A stretch of DNA of 64,000 nt, taken from a virus. The stretch spans positions 427,030-491,029 of the IMG/VR virus record IMGVR_UViG_3300034072_000758. One strand, given 5' to 3'. Positions 35,900 through 45,980 of this stretch are shown piece by piece. The notes under the pieces were generated by a model that worked only from the letters and a program-made list of their open reading frames with translations, searched no databases and was not told the origin of the DNA. Each line of letters starts with the position of its first letter. Position 1 is the stretch's first letter. Both the position numbers and the translations under genes were made by a program.

Positions 35900-36316
35900 G
35901 TGTTATCTAAATATAGCATTGTTCGGAGACTGGCGCTCGTGCCAAAGGTTTATCAAAATTTGTCTGGCACGACAAAAGACTCTTTTAAGATCGGCAAGAA
36001 CGGTCCTGAAATCATTCGTGGATACGGAGAGCCAGAGGTCGAAGCTACAAATGGTAGTCTATACGTCGATCAAACCGATGGTGAACTTTATCAATATAAA
36101 AAAGACGAATGGGTTCTCCTGTCCAAGGACTACGCGAGCTTCCATTATCTGTCCCTGTTGGCCCAGCACGAGACGATCCAGCACATAGCCACTCTCATGT
36201 GTCAGGCAAAAGAAAAGAGCCAATTCCCGTGGAAAGTGACTCTTACTTTATTCGGACTATTTGCCGCGTTTGCGATCCCCGGCGTGATCCTTATCTGGTT
36301 ATTCTTTCCCGACTAA
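35900..36316 (+). CDS. fiber-associated protein sharing a conserved N-terminal domain (VYQNLSGTTKDSFKIGKNGPEIIRG) with the gene at 55502..55963
   Basis: Paralogous N-terminus seen by eye. The start may be an internal GTG. Confidence 0.45.
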   Translation: MLSKYSIVRRLALVPKVYQNLSGTTKDSFKIGKNGPEIIRGYGEPEVEATNGSLYVDQTDGELYQYKKDEWVLLSKDYASFHYLSLLAQHETIQHIATLMCQAKEKSQFPWKVTLTLFGLFAAFAIPGVILIWLFFPD

Positions 36317-37576
36317 CCATTCACCCGGAAGATCATAATTGTCGATGATCTTCTTGTTCATGTCGCCATACAGGCTGATCGACGGCTTGCGATTGATCAG
36401 ATCATTGTGGAACGCCTGAACCTGTTCGCGGGACGTGCGTTCAGCTTCTTCGAGGATTCCGCCCACGTTATCGTAGCTTCGGCCTTCATCGAACATGTCG
36501 GCCAGAACGAATTGCATCAGTTCGCCGTATTCTTCATCGACCTTGGAAATTTCCACAAGGGCCTTATTCTTCGCCAGCGTCCAGTCGGCATCGGTGATAC
36601 CGTTTTCGGCGATGGTGCGCAGCGTTTTACCGATGGCGATAAAGCATTTCTTGAGGTTCTTTTTCGTCGTTTCGAACGCGATGACAAAGAGTTCCGTATC
36701 GTTGGAATAGTGGGCGCTGACATGGTAGCACAGACCCAACTTCTCGCGTACTTCAACGAACAGAGGCGACGACATGCCACCAGACAGAACATCGGTGAGA
36801 AGATAGGACAGAACGCGCTCGTCACGCTTTACCGGAAAGGCGATGCGACCCTTAACCGAACCCTTCGGGGGAGACGGAATAACGACTGTGCCACCCACGT
36901 ATTCCGCCTTTTCAGTCGGAACCTTTTGGCCTTGAGGCAGCTTCATGACGTGGCTGGCTTTCACCTTTTTCACGAACTCGTCATGATCGACATTACCACC
37001 ACAGAACACGATCATGTTCTGGGTGAAATAGTTGGCCTTGTGATAGACCGCCAGATCGTCTTCGACGTTGATATTTGTGATGGTTTCTTCCGTGCCGAGC
37101 GTTTCGCGGCCCAGAGCGCTGCCGGGATATGCCGCCGCTTTCAGGCCGTTGTAGACCATCTTGCCGCCATTGGTTTGGGTCATGGCGAACTCTTGGAGGA
37201 TGACATCGCGTTCCTTCTCGATTTTGTTGAAAGCGATGTTGGTCACCATGTCGGTGAGAAGGTCGAGCGAATTATCCACAAACTTACCGAGACCTTCCAC
37301 GAAATAAACCGTGTGGCGGGCCGAGGTGTACGCATTGAAGGACGAGCCGAGCGATTCGATTTCGGATGAAATAGCGAACGAATCTTCCCGGTTGGAAGTA
37401 CCGTTAAACATCATGTGTTCGAGGAAGTGAGCGGTGCCTTGCTTTACGTCATTTTCATCACTGGAACCAGCGTTGACGGCGACCGCAACAAGCGAAGAGT
37501 GAGTTTGCCTTTGAGCGGTGATGACCGTTAGGCCATTGTCGAGGACGGTGGTTCTGATGTTTGTGTAAAATGACAT
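36299..37576 (-). CDS. M16-family zinc metallopeptidase (pitrilysin/insulinase-like)
   Basis: Inverted zinc motif HFLEHMMF (HxxEH) near the N-terminus. 425 aa. Confidence 0.7.
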   Translation of the reverse strand: MSFYTNIRTTVLDNGLTVITAQRQTHSSLVAVAVNAGSSDENDVKQGTAHFLEHMMFNGTSNREDSFAISSEIESLGSSFNAYTSARHTVYFVEGLGKFVDNSLDLLTDMVTNIAFNKIEKERDVILQEFAMTQTNGGKMVYNGLKAAAYPGSALGRETLGTEETITNINVEDDLAVYHKANYFTQNMIVFCGGNVDHDEFVKKVKASHVMKLPQGQKVPTEKAEYVGGTVVIPSPPKGSVKGRIAFPVKRDERVLSYLLTDVLSGGMSSPLFVEVREKLGLCYHVSAHYSNDTELFVIAFETTKKNLKKCFIAIGKTLRTIAENGITDADWTLAKNKALVEISKVDEEYGELMQFVLADMFDEGRSYDNVGGILEEAERTSREQVQAFHNDLINRKPSISLYGDMNKKIIDNYDLPGEWLVGKE

Positions 37577-37709
37577 ATTCGCTCCATGTAACTAAATCAA
37601 CGCATATACTATCATAAAAATCTTTCAAGTCAACATTTTATATTTGCTTATCCACATCCAATGATGATAGAAAAATATGGTTAATTTTGTGTAAAGGATT
37701 ATCCGCGTA

Positions 37710-38240
37710 ATGGGTACTCGTCATTTGGTGGTTGTTCGCTTGAACAATGAAGTAAAAGTCGCTCAGTATGGTCAATTCGACGGTTATATGAGCGGGGCTG
37801 GTAGAACAATACAACGTATTTTGTCGTTTGCTGATTTGAATTTGCTAAAAGAGTTAGTAGCAAAATGTTGGTGGATCACAGATGATGAACACAACAAGAT
37901 GATGGCTGATCTTGGTGTCAAAAGTAATGACGGTTGGATTAGCTTGGATGACAGTAAAAAAATTGAAAAAGCTTATCCGCATCTTCATCGCAATTGTAGC
38001 GCCGAAGTCATCACTGAAATTCTCAACAGCGAAAACGGATTACCGCTTCAAAATTCATACGATTTTGGAGAAGATGGACTTTTTTGCGAATACACCTATA
38101 CGGTCGATCTCGACAATGATACATTGACCGCACAAAGCGGGGGTTTGGACGGCAAAGTCCTTTTCCAAGGACCAATCAACACGCTCCACACAATCCCACC
38201 ATTTGAAGACCCCAAAGACGAAGAAGAAGACGAAGAATGA
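37710..38240 (+). CDS. hypothetical protein with acidic C-terminus ([10 protein letters not shown])
   Basis: 176-aa ORF with an ATGA overlap with aspS. Confidence 0.5.
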   Translation: MGTRHLVVVRLNNEVKVAQYGQFDGYMSGAGRTIQRILSFADLNLLKELVAKCWWITDDEHNKMMADLGVKSNDGWISLDDSKKIEKAYPHLHRNCSAEVITEILNSENGLPLQNSYDFGEDGLFCEYTYTVDLDNDTLTAQSGGLDGKVLFQGPINTLHTIPPFEDPKDEEEDEE

Positions 38241-40018
38241 CCAAGACAAACATGCGAACGCAAACCTGTGGTGAATTGACCGTGGCCTATACTGGCGACA
38301 CGGTGAGCCTGTGTGGCTGGATTCACCGCAAGCGAGATCATGGCGGCTTGCTGTTCATCGACTTACGTGACAATTACGGACTGACCCAGATCGTAATGCA
38401 AAAGACCGCTGCCTGTTTCTCGGTGGTGGAGCACCTTCGCCAAGAAAGCGTAATTCGCGTAATCGGTAAGGTCGTAACGAGAACGGAAAATACACAAAAC
38501 CCGAACCTCGCAACCGGGCAGATCGAAGTCATCGCTTCGGAAATTACAGTTCTGTCGGAAGCCTCGGAACTTCCAGTGCCAGTGTTCGGTGATGTTCAGT
38601 ATCCAGAAGACCAACGTTTGAAGCATCGCTATCTCGATCTTCGCCGTGACGAACTCCACTCAAACATCCTGCTGCGCTCCAAGATCATTAGCTACCTGCG
38701 TAGGTTCATGGAGGGCGAAGGCTTTACTGAGTTTCAGACGCCTATTCTGACCGCATCTTCCCCAGAAGGCGCGCGCGACTTCCTCATTCCATCACGCCTT
38801 CATCCCGGCAAATTTTATGCCCTGCCTCAAGCACCACAACAATTCAAGCAACTTTTGATGGTGTCTGGCTTTGACCGCTATTTCCAGATCGCACCTTGCT
38901 TCCGCGACGAAGCCGCCCGTGCTGACCGGTCGCCGGGTGAGTTCTATCAACTCGATATTGAAATGTCTTTCGTCAATCAGGAAGACGTTTTCTCTCAGGC
39001 TGAACGTATCCTTCATTCGACCTTTACTGAGTTCTCGAACGGGAAGACCGTAAGTTCGTACCCATTCCAGCGAATCACCTACAAGGACTCGATGGAAAAA
39101 TACGGCAACGATAAGCCCGATCTTCGTAACCCAATCGTCATGAGCGATGCTTCGCTTTATTTCGTGAACGGCGGCTTCGGTCTGTTTGAGAAAATGGCCA
39201 GCGACGGCAAAAGCTCGATCTGGGCTATTCCGGTCAAGGGCAATGGAAACATCAATCGCAAATTCTGCGACAAGATGAACTCTTGGGCCATCGAAGAAGG
39301 CCAAAAAGGTATGGGATATATCTATTGGAACGAAGAAGGCGCACAAGGCCCAATCGCCAAGAATCTCCATGCCGATAAGCTGGGACAATTGGAAGCCGCC
39401 TATGAATTGGGTAACGGTGATGCCATATTCTTCGTGGCCGGGATCAAAAAGGATTTCCTCAAGTTCTGCGGATTCGCCCGCACCAAGATCGCCGAAGAAC
39501 TCGGTCTGATCAAGGATGATCATTTCCATTTCTGCTGGGTGGTGGATTTCCCAATGTTCGAACTATCGAACGAAGGCAAAATCGATTTCGCCCACAATCC
39601 GTTCTCTATGCCACAAGGCGAAATGGAAGCTCTGGAAACCAAGAACCCGCTGGATATTCTGGCCTATCAGTACGACATCGTGTGTAACGGCATCGAACTG
39701 TCCTCCGGGGCTATTCGTAACCACCGACCCGACATCATGCTCAAGGCTTTTGAAATCGCTGGTTACAAGGCCGAGGAAGTGGAAGAACGCTTCGGCGGTA
39801 TGTTGAACGCATTCCGCTATGGCGCGCCTCCCCACGGTGGTCTGGCTCCCGGTGTTGACCGCATGGTCATGATGCTGGCTAATAAATCCTCCATCCGAGA
39901 CATCATCGCTTTCCCGCTGAATCAGCAAGGACAAGATTTGATGATGAACGCACCATCGGAAGTCACGGATAAACAACTCAAAGAGTTGAACATCCGAACA
40001 TACAAGCCATTGAGCTAA
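38237..40018 (+). CDS. aspS: aspartyl-tRNA synthetase (class II, bacterial-type)
   Basis: N-terminal OB anticodon-binding fold. Class II motif 2 (FRDE...R...F.Q.D.E) and motif 3 ([14 protein letters not shown]). 593 aa. Confidence 0.85.
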   Translation: MTKTNMRTQTCGELTVAYTGDTVSLCGWIHRKRDHGGLLFIDLRDNYGLTQIVMQKTAACFSVVEHLRQESVIRVIGKVVTRTENTQNPNLATGQIEVIASEITVLSEASELPVPVFGDVQYPEDQRLKHRYLDLRRDELHSNILLRSKIISYLRRFMEGEGFTEFQTPILTASSPEGARDFLIPSRLHPGKFYALPQAPQQFKQLLMVSGFDRYFQIAPCFRDEAARADRSPGEFYQLDIEMSFVNQEDVFSQAERILHSTFTEFSNGKTVSSYPFQRITYKDSMEKYGNDKPDLRNPIVMSDASLYFVNGGFGLFEKMASDGKSSIWAIPVKGNGNINRKFCDKMNSWAIEEGQKGMGYIYWNEEGAQGPIAKNLHADKLGQLEAAYELGNGDAIFFVAGIKKDFLKFCGFARTKIAEELGLIKDDHFHFCWVVDFPMFELSNEGKIDFAHNPFSMPQGEMEALETKNPLDILAYQYDIVCNGIELSSGAIRNHRPDIMLKAFEIAGYKAEEVEERFGGMLNAFRYGAPPHGGLAPGVDRMVMMLANKSSIRDIIAFPLNQQGQDLMMNAPSEVTDKQLKELNIRTYKPLS

Positions 40019-40025
40019 TCTTGGA

Positions 40026-40047
40026 GGGTCGCTTGAAAAAGCGGCCC
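40026..40047 (+). terminator. rho-independent terminator after aspS
   Basis: GGGTCGC-ttgaaaaa-GCGGCCC followed by TTTCT. Confidence 0.55.
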
Positions 40048-40053
40048 TTTCTA

Positions 40054-40081
40054 TTGACATACTAAGAAGATATGATATGTT
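40054..40081 (+). promoter_or_regulatory. sigma70-like promoter TTGACA-N16-TATGTT
   Basis: Seen directly. Confidence 0.5.
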
Positions 40082-40119
40082 GTTAGTAAGACAACATTAT
40101 ATTATTAGGAGATTTACAT

Positions 40120-40449
40120 ATGACTGACCGCGAAGCGAATGCCCTGAAAATCATTCAACACAAGATTGATCAATTCGTTCTAATTCTTGAAGCTGCTAAT
40201 CGCCAAATGATCGCGGCTATGTCGGAAAAAACTGGTCACATGCCGGAAATCTTAGTCTACGAAATCAAGAAAGCCAATGACTACATTCTCTACGGCGAGG
40301 AAGTCGTTAAGTGGTTCAATGACGGCAAGACCAAGGAAGAGGTCTTGGCGATGATCAACCAATTCTTCATCGACTACCATATGGGCTGGTCGAACAAGCC
40401 GAAGGAATGCTGTGAAGTGATGGCGGCTATCGCTTGCGCCATCAAGTAA
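40120..40449 (+). CDS. hypothetical protein
   Basis: 109-aa ORF with RBS TAGGAGA. Confidence 0.5.
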   Translation: MTDREANALKIIQHKIDQFVLILEAANRQMIAAMSEKTGHMPEILVYEIKKANDYILYGEEVVKWFNDGKTKEEVLAMINQFFIDYHMGWSNKPKECCEVMAAIACAIK

Positions 40450-41676
40450 TTACAGCCACACTTTCCCATATGCTGATTGAAGAATAGACGGGATGAACAC
40501 TTTACCACCTTCGTCCTGATAGTTTTCCAGAACAGCCAACAAAGTTCTACCAACCGCCAGTCCAGACCCATTTAAGGTGTGGACTGGTTCTTTTTTGCCT
40601 TGAGCATTGGTGAAGCGAGTCTTCATGCGATTGGCTTGGAAATCGCCACAATTGGATACCGAGCTAATCTCACGATAAGTTTTCTGTGATGGCACCCAAA
40701 CTTCGATGTCGTAAGTCTTTTGTGCTCCGAAGCCCATGTCACCCGCGCATAATAACATGATGCGATATTTTATACCCAATGAAGTGAGGATGTTTTCAGC
40801 ACAAGATAACATGAACTCGTGCTCTTGTGCCGACTTCTCAGGCGTAGTGATCGACACCATTTCAACTTTGTTAAATTGATGCTGGCGTAAGATGCCATGC
40901 GTGTCCTTACCAGCGCTTCCGGCTTCGGATCGGAAACATGGGGTCAGCGCAGTTAGACGAAGGGGTAATTCACCCTCAGCCAAAATCTTATCAGCGACAT
41001 AATTTGTCAAAGTCACTTCGGCGGTCGGGATCAGAAAATGTTCATCAGTGTTCACCGAGTACAGGTCATCGATGAATTTAGGAAGCTGACCAGTTCCATA
41101 CAAGGCCGTGTCTTTCACCAGCAACGGAGTGGAGCATTCCTCGAATCCATTTTTAACCTGACATTCAAGCATATACTGCCCGATAACTCGTTCGAGACGT
41201 GCCACGGGGCCGCGCATGAATGAGAAGCGTGTGCCAGACATCGCTACCCCCGCTGATATATCGAGGCCGTATTTGCTCCCGATCTCAACATGGTCTTTCG
41301 GGTCTTTTATGGAACGGAGCGGAATATCATTGACACGAACCAATTGATTGTCGTGCTCGTCTTTTCCAACCGGAACGTCATTGGCTGGGACATTTGGGAT
41401 GTCGAACAAATAGTCTTCAAGTTCCCCGGCCAGATAATCGACCAAGCCTTCGGCAGTAGTTATTTCGGCCTTCACCGCCACCCCGGTTTCATGGTCTTTA
41501 TTCCGCGCGGCATCCTTGCGCTTGGCGTACAAAGCCTCAAGATCAGTCAACGATTTACGATGATCTGTATCCTTTTTGAGAATGTCCGAAACTATCCGAG
41601 ACCCGTCAAGCCCTCTCTTATTCAACCCGCTGGCAACGGCTTCTGGATTCTCGCGGATGGTCTTTATATTGATCAT
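40450..41676 (-). CDS. serS: seryl-tRNA synthetase (class II)
   Basis: N-terminal coiled-coil tRNA-binding arm. Motif 2 (FRSEAGSAGKDTHGILRQHQFNKVE). Motif 3 (GSGLAVGRTLLAVLENYQ). 408 aa. Confidence 0.85.
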   Translation of the reverse strand: MINIKTIRENPEAVASGLNKRGLDGSRIVSDILKKDTDHRKSLTDLEALYAKRKDAARNKDHETGVAVKAEITTAEGLVDYLAGELEDYLFDIPNVPANDVPVGKDEHDNQLVRVNDIPLRSIKDPKDHVEIGSKYGLDISAGVAMSGTRFSFMRGPVARLERVIGQYMLECQVKNGFEECSTPLLVKDTALYGTGQLPKFIDDLYSVNTDEHFLIPTAEVTLTNYVADKILAEGELPLRLTALTPCFRSEAGSAGKDTHGILRQHQFNKVEMVSITTPEKSAQEHEFMLSCAENILTSLGIKYRIMLLCAGDMGFGAQKTYDIEVWVPSQKTYREISSVSNCGDFQANRMKTRFTNAQGKKEPVHTLNGSGLAVGRTLLAVLENYQDEGGKVFIPSILQSAYGKVWL

Positions 41677-41739
41677 GATATTCTTCTACGGCTATTTAAT
41701 TCACCATAAAAGAGTGATGATTCTCAGTCAATATAAAAC

Positions 41740-41913
41740 TTATGCTGCGCCTCGAAGAACGACCCCAGCTTCGTCCAACAAATGTTCCAGCATGTCGTAA
41801 AAACCATCCAATTGCTCACGGGTAGGAACGAATTTGGGTTCACGACCATGAACAGCACGATAGCATTCAATGTAGGCGGCAACTTCTTCGTCGGCAATAT
41901 TTTGTTGAGACAT
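41740..41913 (-). CDS. small hypothetical protein (57 aa, below ORF-track cutoff) directly upstream of serS
   Basis: Hand translation MSQQNIADEEVAAYIECYRAVHGREPKFVPTREQLDGFYDMLEHLLDEAGVVLRGAA with an AAGGAAC RBS. Confidence 0.4.
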   Translation of the reverse strand: MSQQNIADEEVAAYIECYRAVHGREPKFVPTREQLDGFYDMLEHLLDEAGVVLRGAA

Positions 41914-41973
41914 ATCTTGTTCCTTTACTGCTATAAATTCAGCATAACATACATAGGAACAGTGTCAATTATT

Positions 41974-42930
41974 TTAAACCCACTGGACGCCAGTATTTCC
42001 GTCTAAATCAATTCCGATTTTCTTGAAGAACTCTGTTATTTCGTTACGATCCAAAGTCTTATCCATAAAGTTCGACTTGAGTTGAAGATAATCCCAAGAC
42101 TGAATATGATACGTAAGATCGTAAAGCTTCTCGACCGAGGCTTTCAATTGATCATTATTCATGGATTGAACGAATGCCATATTGTTTCCTTTGTCATCCT
42201 TACCAACACCAATAGCCACCCAACCATTGTTTTCAGCTTTCACCCGCATGTTTACCAAAGTCATATCCGACGATGGCTGAATGCCGAATGCTTCTGGATT
42301 ATCTTTTAACGAAGCCGCGAATTGCTTCACTTGCTTAGTCTCGCCCGATTTAGTATTGAACCACGCTTTAAAAGCGACAGGCTTTTCTTTTTTCACAAGC
42401 TGGTGGAGAATATTTTGAAGCTGGGAAATGAAATGTTGACCGGGATCATTAACGAACGGAGTATCATTCATACGGATTGGTTTACTCAGGGTGTGACCAT
42501 TAGCATAAGCCAAGAACATGATTTTGGCTTTACCTGAGAATATAACTGCTTCGACCGGTGGATAATAAATCTTGGCAGCTTTGATTATCTCTGGAAGCAT
42601 TTTGAAATTTGTCATAACGACAATTTTCTTAATGACGCCCTTGCCGTAAATCCAAATAGTCAATTCGTGATTATCGTGACCAGACAGTTCCCAAATACGC
42701 TTCTTGAAGAAATTGATGTCGGTATAATTATTCTTGAGAATTGCGGAATTTTTTGAATCAGTCTTCCATACTTCTCTACCGCGCAAGAACTTGAAAGCAT
42801 TAACAACTTCTAACGCATCTTCCTTTGGAAGATTGCGAATGATGTTGGCCAATTCTTTATTCGTTTCTACCTGTTCAGGGTCAATACCATGTTTGGATAG
42901 AACTTCATATGCTTCTGCTTGTGGGTCCAT
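41974..42930 (-). CDS. hypothetical protein (318 aa)
   Basis: Long ORF. Confidence 0.55.
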   Translation of the reverse strand: MDPQAEAYEVLSKHGIDPEQVETNKELANIIRNLPKEDALEVVNAFKFLRGREVWKTDSKNSAILKNNYTDINFFKKRIWELSGHDNHELTIWIYGKGVIKKIVVMTNFKMLPEIIKAAKIYYPPVEAVIFSGKAKIMFLAYANGHTLSKPIRMNDTPFVNDPGQHFISQLQNILHQLVKKEKPVAFKAWFNTKSGETKQVKQFAASLKDNPEAFGIQPSSDMTLVNMRVKAENNGWVAIGVGKDDKGNNMAFVQSMNNDQLKASVEKLYDLTYHIQSWDYLQLKSNFMDKTLDRNEITEFFKKIGIDLDGNTGVQWV

Positions 42931-43005
42931 ACTTTATTTATTTTAAAATTGCGAACGCCGCCACGTATATGCTACGGTTGATTTTATTAGAAAGTAGATG
43001 GTGTA

Positions 43006-43581
43006 ATGGAACAAATCGCTAAAACCATTAAGTATGTGACTTTTCTCGCTCTGGTTACATATGTGTCCACATTATCCAAAGCGGATATTTTGTTTTATTC
43101 CCTATTTGTGGCGTTTGTGTTTCTTATCAATGTCCCAGCAATGGCGGTCGGCTTAACCCAGCCGGATGGCGTAACAGTTAGATATGAAAAAACCTTTTGC
43201 ATCACTAACCTGTTACTTCTTTCCATAGGTGGGATGATCTTATCTCATTATAAAGGCTTCGATCTTTTCTGGCCAATAATGGGTTCGTCCTTCTTAATAA
43301 TTCTTGCTGCCGTGGCGGCAGGGAGCTTCATCCCAATCACAGATGATTTCTATAAAGACATTCTCAGGGGAGAAATTATCGCAATTGGGTTGGGTTCATT
43401 GATAACAATCAGCGCTGGCGCAGCAAACGTAATGGGTTATACCAGCAAGTTTTTGGTAGTGGTCGGGTTGGCATTTTTATGTGTGGCTGCTATTTTATCC
43501 AGCGCAACCGTTCGCTTAAGATATAGTATCCCAACAGCATTATGTGCGTTAACTTGGAGTGCGATGTTCGTTCTTCGGTAA
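43006..43581 (+). CDS. polytopic membrane protein (5-6 TM helices)
   Basis: Hydrophobic segments throughout the 191-aa ORF. Confidence 0.55.
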   Translation: MEQIAKTIKYVTFLALVTYVSTLSKADILFYSLFVAFVFLINVPAMAVGLTQPDGVTVRYEKTFCITNLLLLSIGGMILSHYKGFDLFWPIMGSSFLIILAAVAAGSFIPITDDFYKDILRGEIIAIGLGSLITISAGAANVMGYTSKFLVVVGLAFLCVAAILSSATVRLRYSIPTALCALTWSAMFVLR

Positions 43582-43592
43582 TAAATACTTGA

Positions 43593-44348
43593 ATGAGCAT
43601 CAGACCAAGAGACCGCCTAAAAAGAGAAATCAACATCATGTTGGGTGGAACCCTCGTAGATGTTGAATTGGAAGACCTCGAACTGGATTTGGCTATCGAC
43701 ATTACATTGGATCGCTATCGCCAACGCAGCGGTAATTCAATGGAAGATGGTTATATTTTTATGACCATGACCGATCAACAGGTCTATCAGCTTCCAGCCG
43801 AAGTTCAGGTTGTAAAGTCCGTTCTCAGAACCGGCTATGGTCAATTTGGTACAGAAGAACCATTCTCATTGGCCTTCGTAAACCAAATGTATTACATGAA
43901 CAGCCCATCCGGTATGGGTGCTCCCGGTGGTACTGCGGGCTTCCTGTCAACATATGATATGTCGGCTCAATATTCTGAACTGTCTGCGCGTCTGTTTGGT
44001 CGTGACGTTGACTTCACTTGGAACGCTCAAACCAAGCGCATTCAAATGGCTCGCAGACCAATGATCGGTGAGCAAGTCGCACTGGAAGTCATGCTGATTA
44101 AACCAGAAGATGTGATCATTGACGATTTCGCCGCTAAGGGTTGGATCAGAAGCTACGCAATGTCTCAGGCTAAAATGATCTTGGGTCAAGGTCGCGGCAA
44201 GTTTGCTACCTTTGCTGGCCCACAAGGCGGAATTACTCTGAACGGCGCTGAACTTAAGCAAGAAGCGGTGGCCGAGATCGAAAAATTAGATGCTGAGCTT
44301 ACCAACCTAATCGACGCCAATAGAGGCTTCCCATTCATAATTGGATAA
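43593..44348 (+). CDS. hypothetical protein (251 aa)
   Basis: Long ORF. Confidence 0.5.
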   Translation: MSIRPRDRLKREINIMLGGTLVDVELEDLELDLAIDITLDRYRQRSGNSMEDGYIFMTMTDQQVYQLPAEVQVVKSVLRTGYGQFGTEEPFSLAFVNQMYYMNSPSGMGAPGGTAGFLSTYDMSAQYSELSARLFGRDVDFTWNAQTKRIQMARRPMIGEQVALEVMLIKPEDVIIDDFAAKGWIRSYAMSQAKMILGQGRGKFATFAGPQGGITLNGAELKQEAVAEIEKLDAELTNLIDANRGFPFIIG

Positions 44349-44349
44349 C

Positions 44350-44378
44350 TTGACAGCAAGAAAATATATTGCTAGATT
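44350..44378 (+). promoter_or_regulatory. sigma70-like promoter TTGACA-N17-TAGATT
   Basis: Seen directly. Confidence 0.5.
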
Positions 44379-44410
44379 GAAACCCTCATTTTATTTTGGG
44401 GGTATAAATC

Positions 44411-44602
44411 ATGGAATATCGTTTTTCGTATACTGATCTGAGTGGGGGCAGCGTTATGGTGTCTACCCGCGATTACAGCGAGGCAAAGAGACAGTACGAC
44501 AACGTAACCACGAAGTATCTGTGTAAATTCCTCCTTCACTTCGGCGATAATGGCTGGCAAGTCATTGAACAAAGCCTCCCGGTTTATGGAAGGGCAGCAT
44601 AA
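44411..44602 (+). CDS. hypothetical protein
   Basis: 63-aa ORF with RBS GGGGG. Confidence 0.45.
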   Translation: MEYRFSYTDLSGGSVMVSTRDYSEAKRQYDNVTTKYLCKFLLHFGDNGWQVIEQSLPVYGRAA

Positions 44603-44904
44603 TGGACAAGACACAAGTTGCGCTGGGGATCGTGCGCGAGGCTCATTCGCTGTCTCCCGAAGAGTTCCAAAATCGCTATCCGCCGAAGACTGATCGGATG
44701 TATGATCCGAACGACCCCTTCTACATGACTTCGACGGATTATTTGAACCAATATAATCCCAACCGTCTCCATTGTGCGGATGGCGGCGCTTGTCACCACG
44801 CTTGCGCTTCGAACGAGGCCGGGGCCTGTTTCCGACGTGATACTTGCGGGCCGCTCAGTAATAGTGGCTGGGAAATGAAAGACGGAAAGTGGGTACAAGA
44901 ATGA
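44602..44904 (+). CDS. small Cys-rich protein (CADGGACHHACASNEAGACFRRDTC)
   Basis: 100-aa ORF with an ATGA overlap. Cys cluster. Confidence 0.45.
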   Translation: MDKTQVALGIVREAHSLSPEEFQNRYPPKTDRMYDPNDPFYMTSTDYLNQYNPNRLHCADGGACHHACASNEAGACFRRDTCGPLSNSGWEMKDGKWVQE

Positions 44905-45905
44905 CCATCGTTCATAAACTTCAAGAGCACGGACTAATCAGTCCGCCGAAATGGTTGCCGGATAACCTCGCGTATCTGGTCATCATGGGATCGATGGCTT
45001 ACGGCGTCAATACGGACACGTCCGATATGGATGTGTATGGCTTTGCTGTGCCTCCCAAGGAGATCGTATTTCCACACCTGACCGGCTATATCCCCGGCTT
45101 TGGTAACCACCCGGAAAAGTTCGATCAGTGGTCCGAGCATCACATCAGACAGAACCAGAAGGAATACGACTTCTCGGTCTATTCCATCGTGCGATATTTC
45201 GATCTGTGTAGGGAAAACAACCCCAACATGATTGATAGCCTTTTCGTGCCGGACAACTGCGTGATGTTCCAATCCAAAGTCGGTGAGATCGTCCGCGAGA
45301 ACAAACACGCCTTCCTTCACAAGGGGGCTTTCCACAAATACAAAGGCTATGCTTACGCGCAAATCGGGCGTTACAAGTCTCTGTCCCCGGAGAGCAAGCT
45401 TGGCTCCATCCGTATCAAGATGGGTGAAGAAGGTTTGGAGTTCGATGCCTTCAAAGAAAAGGTGGATAGTGGGGAGCTTGTTCTATCAGCTTCGATGAAG
45501 CGTGATTTCGACGGCCTGAACGAACGCCAAATCAACACCATCAAGGAAGGTGTGGATCGCAAGGCTATGTATCACGTGGTTCGTTTGATGAACGAGCTTG
45601 AGCAAATCCTGACAACAGGGACGCTTGATCTCCAAATCAATCGGGAACAGCTTAAGTCTATTCGTCGTGGCGAGTGGACACCTGAGCAAATCTTTGAATA
45701 CTTCGAGCGCAAGGAAGCCGAACTCGACGGCATCCAATTGACCTCGAACGTGCTTCCACATGGCCCTAACATGAAACAGCTTCACAGCATTCTGGTAAGC
45801 TGTCTGGAAGAGGTTTATGGGTCTCTGGACAACATGATCTCCCAGAATAAAGATGATCGATTACTGGTCGAATTGAAAGGTCTCGTGAAAAAGTTCGACG
45901 TATAG
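44889..45905 (+). CDS. Pol-beta-superfamily nucleotidyltransferase-domain protein (cGAS/DncV/MNT/OAS-type GS...DxD fold)
   Basis: N-terminal signature GSMAYGVNTDTSDMDVYGF (G[GS]-x9-13-[DE]h[DE]h). Helical C-terminal domain. 338 aa. Confidence 0.5.
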   Translation: MGTRMTIVHKLQEHGLISPPKWLPDNLAYLVIMGSMAYGVNTDTSDMDVYGFAVPPKEIVFPHLTGYIPGFGNHPEKFDQWSEHHIRQNQKEYDFSVYSIVRYFDLCRENNPNMIDSLFVPDNCVMFQSKVGEIVRENKHAFLHKGAFHKYKGYAYAQIGRYKSLSPESKLGSIRIKMGEEGLEFDAFKEKVDSGELVLSASMKRDFDGLNERQINTIKEGVDRKAMYHVVRLMNELEQILTTGTLDLQINREQLKSIRRGEWTPEQIFEYFERKEAELDGIQLTSNVLPHGPNMKQLHSILVSCLEEVYGSLDNMISQNKDDRLLVELKGLVKKFDV

Positions 45906-45906
45906 C

Positions 45907-45934
45907 TTGACAAAGGTGAGTATTGGTGTATGTT
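45907..45934 (+). promoter_or_regulatory. sigma70-like promoter TTGACA-N16-TATGTT overlapped by a 9-bp inverted repeat GGTGAGTAT...ATACTCACC
   Basis: Seen directly. The IR spans the -10 element and the leader (45913-45960). Confidence 0.45.
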
Positions 45935-45980
45935 GGTATCACAAAATATCGATACTCACCTTTTTCAAGGAGATTTAAAT

